A stretch of DNA of 64,000 bases from an uncultured Candidatus Saccharibacteria bacterium (GTDB lineage Bacteria; Patescibacteriota; Minisyncoccia; Phycocordibacterales; CAIZLB01), in NCBI GenBank assembly GCA_964550955.1, contig CAZKAF010000001.1, forward strand, positions 632,126-696,125, written 5' to 3'. Shown here piece by piece: positions 29,383 to 37,955 of this stretch (its first letter is position 1; every line of letters starts with the position of its first letter). Both the position numbers and the translations under genes were made by a program. The notes below the pieces were generated by a model. That model had not been told where the DNA came from, ran no database searches, and saw only the letters and a list, made by a program, of their open reading frames with translations.

Positions 29383-32163
29383 ATGTCTGAACGACCACCT
29401 CACAACCCTGGATTAAAAAGCTTCCAAGAGCTGGATTTGGACCTCGCGGACAGCAAGGAAAAGAAGGGTCAAGCGTCTCTCGAAGAGGTCGCGGAATCGC
29501 TCGGGGCGCTGAATGACGCCATTGAAGGGCAGGATTTTTACTCAGCTCAAAATCTCGCAGAATCAATGCGAAAGCTTCTAAGCCAGGAAATCGTGGCCGC
29601 CATGGCCGCGGAAAGCGAAGACGAGGAAAGCAAGGCGGACGAGGAAACCTTGAAAGACCTGCGGAAAGGGCTTCAGGAGGCCGTATCCAAACTGCCAAAG
29701 CCGGAAAAGGAGGGCGAGCTCCAAGACGTGCGGGAAATAGAGCAGGCACTGGAAGACATCGCGGGCCGAGGACTGTCCCTTGACGACAAAAGGAGCTTGG
29801 GAGGAAAAGTTGAGGGCGTTCTCGCAAAGGGATTAGTTTTCAACGGCGAAACTCTCATTTCCAAGAAAAAACTCAACGCGCTCACCAGAAGAATGACCGG
29901 ATTGAGGAATGTGGTCAAAAAAGCAGTCGAAGATGCCGAGAAGAAGGGCAATCGTGCAAAGACAGACCCAAGTTCTGGCAAGCCGGCAAAAAACGAAAGC
30001 GACAAGAAGAAAGCCCTGAATCCGTATGAAGGAATGCCCATGGTCCAAGGCGAAACGGCGGAAGCTCGATTGGCAAGAGAAGAGAAATATTTGAAGATGC
30101 CAGGCGCTGACAGACCGTCTTTCAAGGGACCGGATTTTGGAGGCGATGAAAAGAAATACCTCAAAAAGGCCAGGAAAGTTGGGGCCGGACAGGGTTCTGA
30201 TGCCGTCGATCAAGTTCCCATGCCTGTAATCGAACAGTCGGACCGATCGATGGAAATATCTCCACTTTCAAGTCCCGAGGGAGCTGAGACGCTGGCCAGC
30301 ATGGGATATAAAACTCCGCGCAAAATCAAAAACGAAAATAGGGGAATCGGGGTAGAAAGACCTATAGGGCTTCAGCCTGAGAATGACCCTGCAATGAACG
30401 AAGCGCTTGAGGCTGCCGGATTCAGAAACATCGCAAAGGAAGAAAAGCAGAAACAAGAAGAGGAGCGACAAAAGCAGGAAGAGGAACAGCGGAACAAGAA
30501 AATCGAAAGGGAAATCGAGCTTGAGAGAGAGCGGGAGAAAGAAAGGGTCAGGCAAATAGAGCAAAGGGAAAAGGCCGAGACCGAGGAAAGAATCTCAGTA
30601 TTCTTGACGCCATACTCAAAAGGCGCGGAAGGATATGCAAGCGTGCAGGAAGCGCTTGACGACGACGGCTTCGTCTCATACTTGCAAATCATGGACGGGC
30701 AGAGGGAGAACACCGAGAACATGGACGCCGTAGAGGCGATCGGAAAAGGAGGAGAGGCGATAATCGCGGAAAGGGCGGAGAAATATGCTCAGGCGCGGTT
30801 TGTTGCCGAAGAAATTACAAGCATCCACAACGAGGACATCGCCGAAAAGATAGGAAGCGGGTTCAAGCTGCCGAAAGCGGCCGAAAATGAAGTGCAGGCA
30901 TACGTAGGGGAATTGCTGTTCAGTTACCGGGGCGCGGCGGAACTCAAGCAGCTGCACGATTCGATCAAGCTTTTCGCGGAACTCCCTGAAAATATCAAGG
31001 CTGCCGAGGAGAATATTCAGAGCGAAATCGAGGCTCATAAAAAGAAAATGGGCGCCGGCGCAGACGCCGACATAAATTCTGTCAGAGAAAATTTGCAAAA
31101 GGAAATTGAGAAGAGGGAGAAGCACATATCATACGCCGACAAGATGGGACAAAAGCCCAAAAGCAAAGCCGGACCGGCAAGACAGGCCGGAATCCAGGAC
31201 GGGAGAGCGGGCGAGAGGGAAGAAAAGTTCGGCTATTTCGGCAAATTGAAAAAGATCAACGAGCTGATCGAGGACGGATATCTGACCAAGAAGGAGGCTG
31301 CGGGCGAATCGAAGATATTCGGCAAGACATTCGGATGGGGAATCATAGGAAAGTCCCTCTTCATGACAGCGACCATCAAGCGCGCCGCGGAAAGAATTCG
31401 TCATGAAAGAAATCAGCACCGGCACGCGCTCGAGCAGCTTGACGAGAAGGAAAGATACGAGATTCAGACAAGGCAAGACTACGAGCTTCTGCGAAAGAAC
31501 CTGCTCGTGCACCTGAAACCGAGCAGGGAGATACGGAGGCTGTTCAACGAGGACCTCGCGAATCAGATCAGGAACAAGATAGAGGAAGTGAGCGGAGTGG
31601 AAGGCGACCCTAAAAAGCTCGGAACGGAGAAAATGGAAGATCTCGACCGGCAGCAGGAGCTTCTCAAGAAGATAAAGCGAAGCAAGGAAGAGGAGAGAAA
31701 GAGAGTGAGAGGCATCGGGTACACGAATCCGACAGCGCCAGGGGACGCCTTCGCGCGAAGCCAGAACAACAAGGAAATATCCGGACTTTTGGATGACGAC
31801 TCGATTGATGAGATTCAATCTCAGATAGACGAGTCTTTCAAGGTCACGCTGCATCGAAAAATTGCCCGGATGATCGACAAGGAAGCAACGCACACGAGCA
31901 AGGGATACGCGAATTTCGAGGGAGAGCTTATCAAGATAGCGAGAGATCCGTTCAACGGGGACACGACCTACGGATCAAGGCAGAGCAAGGAAGCTCGGGA
32001 CATGATCGCTCAAATCCTGAAGGACAAGCGCGACAAGATCAAGGCGGAGCATGAAGCCGGCAAGAAGAAAGGGAAAGAGGAAAAGGGCTATCAGAAGACG
32101 CCGGTCGACCTCAGGATTGTCCGAATCAGTCAGATACTAAGCAAGCTCGAGTCAATCAAGTAA
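29383..32163 (+). CDS. giant hyper-charged coiled-coil protein, unknown function
   Basis: About 926 aa from the RBS-supported Met (ggggaa, 8 nt upstream). Extreme E/K/R/Q content with long heptad-like stretches (KEEKQKQEEERQKQEEEQRNKKIEREIELEREREKERVRQIEQREKAETEERI). No TM and no enzymatic motifs. Confidence 0.5.
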   Translation: MSERPPHNPGLKSFQELDLDLADSKEKKGQASLEEVAESLGALNDAIEGQDFYSAQNLAESMRKLLSQEIVAAMAAESEDEESKADEETLKDLRKGLQEAVSKLPKPEKEGELQDVREIEQALEDIAGRGLSLDDKRSLGGKVEGVLAKGLVFNGETLISKKKLNALTRRMTGLRNVVKKAVEDAEKKGNRAKTDPSSGKPAKNESDKKKALNPYEGMPMVQGETAEARLAREEKYLKMPGADRPSFKGPDFGGDEKKYLKKARKVGAGQGSDAVDQVPMPVIEQSDRSMEISPLSSPEGAETLASMGYKTPRKIKNENRGIGVERPIGLQPENDPAMNEALEAAGFRNIAKEEKQKQEEERQKQEEEQRNKKIEREIELEREREKERVRQIEQREKAETEERISVFLTPYSKGAEGYASVQEALDDDGFVSYLQIMDGQRENTENMDAVEAIGKGGEAIIAERAEKYAQARFVAEEITSIHNEDIAEKIGSGFKLPKAAENEVQAYVGELLFSYRGAAELKQLHDSIKLFAELPENIKAAEENIQSEIEAHKKKMGAGADADINSVRENLQKEIEKREKHISYADKMGQKPKSKAGPARQAGIQDGRAGEREEKFGYFGKLKKINELIEDGYLTKKEAAGESKIFGKTFGWGIIGKSLFMTATIKRAAERIRHERNQHRHALEQLDEKERYEIQTRQDYELLRKNLLVHLKPSREIRRLFNEDLANQIRNKIEEVSGVEGDPKKLGTEKMEDLDRQQELLKKIKRSKEEERKRVRGIGYTNPTAPGDAFARSQNNKEISGLLDDDSIDEIQSQIDESFKVTLHRKIARMIDKEATHTSKGYANFEGELIKIARDPFNGDTTYGSRQSKEARDMIAQILKDKRDKIKAEHEAGKKKGKEEKGYQKTPVDLRIVRISQILSKLESIK

Positions 32164-32169
32164 AGCGAT

Positions 32170-32499
32170 ATGCCAAAACACCTCAAAAAAATCAATTCGG
32201 TCGCGCTGAAAGAATCCGTCGCAAAGGGAGATTTTAAATCTGCGAAGAAGCTTATCGACGCGTTCCTGGACCAGGAGCCGACCAAGGAGGACAAGGGCAA
32301 GGTCTTCACTGAAACGGTCCACCTCTATGTAGACATGGTCAACTCGCTCAACAGCTCCTACCTGATTCAGCTCAACAAGACAGCCGAGGCGCTGAAAGCT
32401 ATCGACGCGGGAGAGAAGGAAGTCGACGATGCCATGCAGATAATAAAGACGAGGAAAAAGCTCAGGTCCGTGGTCCAAGAAGACGATCTGGACGAATAG
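32170..32499 (+). CDS. hypothetical small protein
   Basis: 109 aa, starts 7 nt after the giant gene's stop. Helical and charged. Followed by a 10-bp perfect hairpin at 32503-32537. Confidence 0.35.
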   Translation: MPKHLKKINSVALKESVAKGDFKSAKKLIDAFLDQEPTKEDKGKVFTETVHLYVDMVNSLNSSYLIQLNKTAEALKAIDAGEKEVDDAMQIIKTRKKLRSVVQEDDLDE

Positions 32500-32556
32500 C
32501 AAAAGCTCCCTTTATCCGCGAGAGATGAAGGGAGCTTTTCAGCTGTGATATAGTGT

Positions 32557-34656
32557 GTGAACATTATGTCAGAAAGCACGAATTTCAATGCAAATCAGCA
32601 AGAATGGGACGGGAACAGAACGGGCCATAACGAAGCAAGCGTCCTGTCGAGCGATTCATCAGCCGAAGCGTCTTATCTAAAAGGCCTGAATCCGGAACAA
32701 AAAAGAGCAGTCCTGACTACGGAAGGACCGCTGCTTATCTTGGCCGGCGCGGGCGCAGGGAAGACCAAGACAATCACCCACAGAATACTTCACCTTATAA
32801 AAACAGGCGTTCCTGCGGAACAGATCCTGGCCATCACGTTCACGAACAAGGCTGCCAAGGAAATGCGAGAGCGAGTGATGAAGCTCATAGGCCAGGACAG
32901 CTTCCTGAACCTTCCCGTATATGCGTATGCGGAAGAGCGAGGCAGGCCGATGATGTCGACATTTCACTCCTTGGCCGTCCGCATTCTCAAAGAATCCGGA
33001 ACGAACGTCGGCGTGCATAAAAATTTTGTCATTTATGACCGAGGGGATTCGAAGTCGGCGGTAAAGCAAGCGCTTGTCGAGCTCAACCATGATCCGAAGA
33101 AGATCGAGCCGGGAAAGATACTGTCCATCATCTCGAAAGAAAAGGGGAATTTCATATCGCAGCAGGAATACGAGGCGCTGCACGGCGATGACTATATAGG
33201 AGGGATAGTTTCCGAAGTATGGAAAAAATACGACGCGGCGCTGGAAAAAGAGAAGGCTCTGGACTTCGACGACCTCCTGTTCAAGTGCGCCCACCTGCTT
33301 TCGACTCAGCCGAGCATTCGCGAATACTATCAGAACAAGTGGAAATACCTTCATATCGACGAATATCAGGACACCAACCAGGTTCAGTACAGGATCGCCG
33401 AGCTTCTGGTCGGAAAAGGCCAGAACATCGCGGTGGTGGGAGACGCGGACCAATCCGTATACGGATGGAGAGGCGCCGACATCAAGAACATCCTGAAGTT
33501 CGAGGAAGATTATCCGAGAGCGACTGTCATCCTGCTTGAGGAAAATTACAGGTCGACGCAAACGGTCCTTCGGGCCGCGAACAAGGTCATAGAAAAGAAC
33601 ATCTACAGGAAAAAGAAGAATCTGTTTACCAAGAATGAGGAAGGAGAGAAGATCAAGATATACACGGCATACGACGAAGGCGACGAGGCGAACTTCGTGG
33701 CGAACACGACAAGGGAACTTTTGGACAAGGGAAACAGGGGTGGAGAAATAGCTGTCCTGTTCAGGGCGAATTTCCAATCGCGGGCGCTCGAAGAGGCCTT
33801 CCTCCGAAAGAACATTCCGTACACGCTGCTTGGAACAAAATTCTTCGAGCGAAAGGAAGTGAAGGACACGCTTTCATATATCCGAGCAGGCCTTAATCCC
33901 GACTCGACTGCCGACATCAAGCGAATCATAAACATGCCGACCAGAGGCATCGGCAAGACGACGCTGCTCAAGATCCTGGAAGGCAGGGAGCACGATCTTC
34001 CGTCAGGCGCGCAAGCGAAGCTTCGGGATTTCAGGGCCATTCTCGGAAGCATCGCGAGCAAGGCGCAAAAAGACAAAGCTTCCGAAGTGGTCAAGTACGT
34101 GCTGCTCATATCCGGCCTGGAAAAATTCCTCAAGGAAGACGTGGACGAGGAGAGGCTCGAAAACGTGCGGGAACTCGCGACGCTGGCCATCAAGTACGAT
34201 GACATGCCCGCGCCGGCCGGCATCGAAAAGCTCCTTGAGGAAGCGGCGCTCGCAAGCGACCAGGACGACATGGACAAAAAAACGACGGCGAACAGCTCAA
34301 GGAAGAAGCAGGCTGATCCCGAAGACTCGGTCAAGCTGATGACCGTTCACGCTTCGAAAGGCCTCGAATTTGATACCGTGTTCATCACGGGATTGGAGCA
34401 CGACCTGTTTCCGCACGCGCGAAGGGCAAGCGAAGAAAACATGACGCCGGAACAAGAGGAAGAAGAGCGCCGCCTGTTTTATGTCGCCTTGACCAGGGCC
34501 CGAAAGAAACTGTACCTCTCTCATGCCAATGTCAGAACAATATTCGGCAGCAAGCAGGTAACGATGCCGTCCGAATTCCTCGCTGACATAGAGGCGGATC
34601 TTGTCGAGGAAGAAGCCCCGGTATCGGGCATCAAGTCCATTTTCATAGATTTTTAG
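32557..34656 (+). CDS. pcrA: ATP-dependent DNA helicase UvrD/PcrA family
   Basis: Motif I AGAGAGKTKTITHRI, motif II DEYQDTN, motifs III-VI (VVGDADQSVYGWRGA, TVHASKGLEFDTVFI, RLFYVALTRARKKL). Confidence 0.9.
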   Translation: MNIMSESTNFNANQQEWDGNRTGHNEASVLSSDSSAEASYLKGLNPEQKRAVLTTEGPLLILAGAGAGKTKTITHRILHLIKTGVPAEQILAITFTNKAAKEMRERVMKLIGQDSFLNLPVYAYAEERGRPMMSTFHSLAVRILKESGTNVGVHKNFVIYDRGDSKSAVKQALVELNHDPKKIEPGKILSIISKEKGNFISQQEYEALHGDDYIGGIVSEVWKKYDAALEKEKALDFDDLLFKCAHLLSTQPSIREYYQNKWKYLHIDEYQDTNQVQYRIAELLVGKGQNIAVVGDADQSVYGWRGADIKNILKFEEDYPRATVILLEENYRSTQTVLRAANKVIEKNIYRKKKNLFTKNEEGEKIKIYTAYDEGDEANFVANTTRELLDKGNRGGEIAVLFRANFQSRALEEAFLRKNIPYTLLGTKFFERKEVKDTLSYIRAGLNPDSTADIKRIINMPTRGIGKTTLLKILEGREHDLPSGAQAKLRDFRAILGSIASKAQKDKASEVVKYVLLISGLEKFLKEDVDEERLENVRELATLAIKYDDMPAPAGIEKLLEEAALASDQDDMDKKTTANSSRKKQADPEDSVKLMTVHASKGLEFDTVFITGLEHDLFPHARRASEENMTPEQEEEERRLFYVALTRARKKLYLSHANVRTIFGSKQVTMPSEFLADIEADLVEEEAPVSGIKSIFIDF

Positions 34657-34662
34657 GCATAC

Positions 34663-35694
34663 ATGAGGTATATTTCACGTATTGCGCGAATAGCCCAAAA
34701 TGCATTAATGTTTCAAAAAAAATCACTCGGTCAAAACTTTCTGAGGTCGGAAAAAGCCCTAAGCCAGATAACCGAGGCTGGCGATATTCAGCCTGGAGAA
34801 GACACCGTCATAGAAATTGGTCCCGGCGAAGGCGTGCTGACTGACAAGATTCTAGAAAAGAGGCCCAAAAACCTTGTTATTATCGAGAAAGATGACCGGC
34901 TTATACCCATGCTATGCGAGAAATTCGGGCTCAAAGCTTCGCCTGATGCAGAAAACCGGTACGAAAACGATGTTTCGGACCCGAAAGAACCTGTCAGCAC
35001 AGTCGAAGAGTCCGGCAAAACTGACAAAAAAGCGGCTCGGGCTGGCAGAAGCACGAAAATAATCTTGATTCATAAGGATACTACCGAAATAGAGTCGTTC
35101 AGCGACCTGGCAAGAGGCCTTTCGCATAAGCTTTCGAATAAAACCGATCAGACGGCGCGAGTCCCCCTAAAAGCCGCGGCAAAAAGCTACAAAGTCATAG
35201 CCAATATTCCATATTACATAACAGGACTCATCATCAGGCAGCTCTTTTCGCAAGAGACATTGCCGGAAAAGATCGTGCTTCTGATGCAAAAGGAGGTCGT
35301 GGACCGAATAGTTTCGCATGGAAGCTCGAACGAAGACAAGGAAAGCCTGCTTTCGGCCAGCATCAAGTTTTACGGAACGCCCAAAAAAGTGGCCGTGGTG
35401 CCGAAAGGCGCCTTTGTACCGGCGCCGACGGTAGACTCCGCCATACTTCTCATATCCGATATCAAAAAACCGGAGCCGAGGCTTGAAAAAGCTTATTTTG
35501 AAATAATAAAAAAGGGATTCGCGCATAAAAGGAAGCGCCTGGCCAAGAATCTCGAAGGCGTTTTTTCATACGATTCAAAAAAATGGGAATCCGTGCTCGC
35601 AAAAATGAACATCGGCACAAACGCGCGGGCAGAGGAAATATCATCCGAAACATATGCGCGAATCGCGCAGCAAGTCCTGAATGACAGTTTTTAA
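34663..35694 (+). CDS. rsmA: 16S rRNA (adenine1518/1519-N6)-dimethyltransferase RsmA/KsgA with ~45-aa insertion
   Basis: KKSLGQNFL, IEIGPGEGVLT, VIANIPYYIT. Insertion (ENRYENDVSDPKEPVSTVEESGKTDKKAARAGRST) sits between the SAM-binding segment and the NIPY motif. The true start may be Met16 (34708). Confidence 0.85.
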   Translation: MRYISRIARIAQNALMFQKKSLGQNFLRSEKALSQITEAGDIQPGEDTVIEIGPGEGVLTDKILEKRPKNLVIIEKDDRLIPMLCEKFGLKASPDAENRYENDVSDPKEPVSTVEESGKTDKKAARAGRSTKIILIHKDTTEIESFSDLARGLSHKLSNKTDQTARVPLKAAAKSYKVIANIPYYITGLIIRQLFSQETLPEKIVLLMQKEVVDRIVSHGSSNEDKESLLSASIKFYGTPKKVAVVPKGAFVPAPTVDSAILLISDIKKPEPRLEKAYFEIIKKGFAHKRKRLAKNLEGVFSYDSKKWESVLAKMNIGTNARAEEISSETYARIAQQVLNDSF

Positions 35695-35720
35695 TCTGGT
35701 TGCTATACTGATTCTTAGTT

Positions 35721-36569
35721 ATGGCTATCGTGCTTCCTCATAAAAAAGTCTTGGTGCTTGCATCCATATGCGCGTCAATAATTTTGATCGTCTTCTCATT
35801 TCAGCTGTCAAAGGAAAGAAAGGCTGTGGCGGCAAGAACCGCGTTCAACAGCGGGCAGATAGTGGCAGGAGAAAGCGTCGAAAACACAATTGCGGACAAG
35901 CGCATTCTCGAAGCGCTGCAATCCGCCCAGCTTGAGGCGCTCAAGGCAACCTCGACAAACCCCTTCGCGCCGGTGCCGACAGACACGCTCAGCGAGAGGC
36001 TTTCCAAAGATGTTTTTTCCACGTTCATGAGATACAGCACCGACGACAGCATCGACCTGGATGCGGTCTCGCAAGACGCAATCAACAACATCAACACGAG
36101 CGATTTGCCGAAATACAGGTACACGATGGCCGATATCAATATTTTTGTCGCGAAAGACACGAACGATGTTAAAAGATACGGCGACCAATTTGCAAATCAA
36201 TACATAACGGGATTAAAGCCCGTAGGTGAAAACCCGAGCAGATATGCCGTTTTGAGCAACCTGGTGCCAATATACGCCGATACGGCACGAAGAATACTCA
36301 GCGTGCCCGTTCCGGACAAAGTCGCGACGATACATCTCCAGCTCGCAAATACGTTCCAGCTTCTCAGCGAGCTGCTGCCCATTGTCGAAAGCCAGCAGAA
36401 AGACCCTCTCAAGTCGCTGCTCGCGCTCAGCATGGTTCAGCAAACCATGGAACAGCAGGTGTCCTTATTCACAGACATGAAATTATTTCTAAATCAGAAT
36501 GGTATAATCTATTCCAGCGAAGAGATGGGCAGAATCTGGAACGGCGGAACGCCCAATCAGCAACAATGA
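35721..36569 (+). CDS. bitopic membrane protein, first gene of T4SS-like island (VirB8-like topology, speculative)
   Basis: 282 aa. An N-terminal TM (VLVLASICASIILIVFSF) followed by a ~250-aa extracytoplasmic domain. Preceded by the TTGCTATACT motif 10 nt before the ATG. Confidence 0.35.
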   Translation: MAIVLPHKKVLVLASICASIILIVFSFQLSKERKAVAARTAFNSGQIVAGESVENTIADKRILEALQSAQLEALKATSTNPFAPVPTDTLSERLSKDVFSTFMRYSTDDSIDLDAVSQDAINNINTSDLPKYRYTMADINIFVAKDTNDVKRYGDQFANQYITGLKPVGENPSRYAVLSNLVPIYADTARRILSVPVPDKVATIHLQLANTFQLLSELLPIVESQQKDPLKSLLALSMVQQTMEQQVSLFTDMKLFLNQNGIIYSSEEMGRIWNGGTPNQQQ

Positions 36570-37795
36570 AAATAGCATCAAAAAAAATAATTGCAGGTTT
36601 TCTCACTTTTGGCCTTTTTTTCAGCCCTTTTTTAACTCCTTATGCGCATGGGCAAGGCGGTGATGCGCCGGCAAATACAAATACTCAGACAACGTCCCAG
36701 CAAAGCACGAGCCAGCAGAGCGGGGTGACAACATTTGGCACCGTGCAGCCAGGACAAGGAACCGCGTATCAGGGCGGAGCCCAAGCGGGAGGAACGACCA
36801 TCAGCGCTTCGGGCATCGCGACAAACCTGGCAGGCTGCTCAGCCGGAGCATTGCTCGGGCAGCTTGTCTCATACGGCATAAGCAATCTCCTAAGCAGCCT
36901 GACGGACGAAGTCGCAAGCATGCTGGGCGACAAGGTGCCGACAGATGAAAAAGGACAGGTCACGAAAGACATCAACTCGAATACGACAGCAAACACCTCG
37001 GCAGAAACGGGGCAGCTCATCATGGGAGTGCCGATTGGCGCCAGCTTCAACTCAATCGCATGGTGCCTCATTAACGGGACAATCGAAGCAATAGCTGACG
37101 CCACGATCGCCTGGGCGAACAGCGGCTTTAACGGCAGTCCGGCATTTCTTGAGAATCCAGAATCATTCTTTCAGGAATTAGCGGATATCGAGGCCCAGAA
37201 CTTCATTTCAAGCCTTGCATACAACACGGCCGGCTACAATGTCTGCGAGCCATTCAGGATAGAGCTCTCCATAGGCTTGGCCGAAGCATACAGCGCCAAA
37301 AACGGAACGAACCGATTCAACAAGGTCGCAAGCTGCTCGATGGATCAAATGCAAGCCGCCCTCATGAGCAGCTCTGTAGGATATGGCGTGAGTGTCGGCG
37401 GCGGACCAGGAAAGAACCCTAAAAACCTTGATGGATACTGGACAGCATGGAACAACGTAAGAAGAGACGAAAACAATGTATGGGGATCTTGGATCATGGC
37501 CAACGATTTTCTTTACGGGCAAATTGAAAAGAAGGGAAATACTGCAAAGTTCGAAATCGGCCTCAACAACGGCTGGCTGAACTTTTCAAAATGCGAGAAC
37601 CAGGATGCTGCAAAGAAAGGGGATCGAAGCAGCTGCAAGACATACACGCCGGGCAGCCTCATCCAATCAACCCTCGAGCAGAATCTTAAAATACCCAAGG
37701 ACAGGCTCGTAGCAGCGCAGAAGTTTGACCAAGTAATCGAAGCCGTAGTCAACAACCTTATCAAGGTCGCGCTCAATAAGGTGCTCGAACGATAG
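36566..37795 (+). CDS. secreted Gly/Thr/Gln-rich protein with Cys-containing C-terminal domain
   Basis: Signal peptide MKIASKKIIAGFLTFGLFFSPFLTPYAHG, then a low-complexity T/Q/G region and a C-terminal domain with about 8 Cys. Start overlaps the previous stop by 4 nt. Confidence 0.4.
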   Translation: MKIASKKIIAGFLTFGLFFSPFLTPYAHGQGGDAPANTNTQTTSQQSTSQQSGVTTFGTVQPGQGTAYQGGAQAGGTTISASGIATNLAGCSAGALLGQLVSYGISNLLSSLTDEVASMLGDKVPTDEKGQVTKDINSNTTANTSAETGQLIMGVPIGASFNSIAWCLINGTIEAIADATIAWANSGFNGSPAFLENPESFFQELADIEAQNFISSLAYNTAGYNVCEPFRIELSIGLAEAYSAKNGTNRFNKVASCSMDQMQAALMSSSVGYGVSVGGGPGKNPKNLDGYWTAWNNVRRDENNVWGSWIMANDFLYGQIEKKGNTAKFEIGLNNGWLNFSKCENQDAAKKGDRSSCKTYTPGSLIQSTLEQNLKIPKDRLVAAQKFDQVIEAVVNNLIKVALNKVLER

Positions 37796-37955
37796 CAACG
37801 TCCGACATGAATGTTTACTTAAGCCCAGATTCGGGCAGAACCAGTCTGAAATTCATTAAATAAGACCGCTTGTACACATAGAGTATGGGCGATTTTATTT
37901 TATTTTAATGTATAATATGTGCATATATTTCCAGGGAACCTGGTTGTAAACTCAC

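Noticed and set aside
29381-31893. Several minus-strand ORFs (29381-29827, 29673-30164, 30676-31125, 31129-31893) antisense to the giant coiled-coil gene
   Set aside because: They are created by the repetitive GAA/AAG-rich coding strand. Leu/Phe/Ser-rich antisense products with no start context.
32677-33777. 366-aa ORF antisense to uvrD/pcrA
   Set aside because: Shadow ORF inside a gene with all helicase motifs on the other strand.
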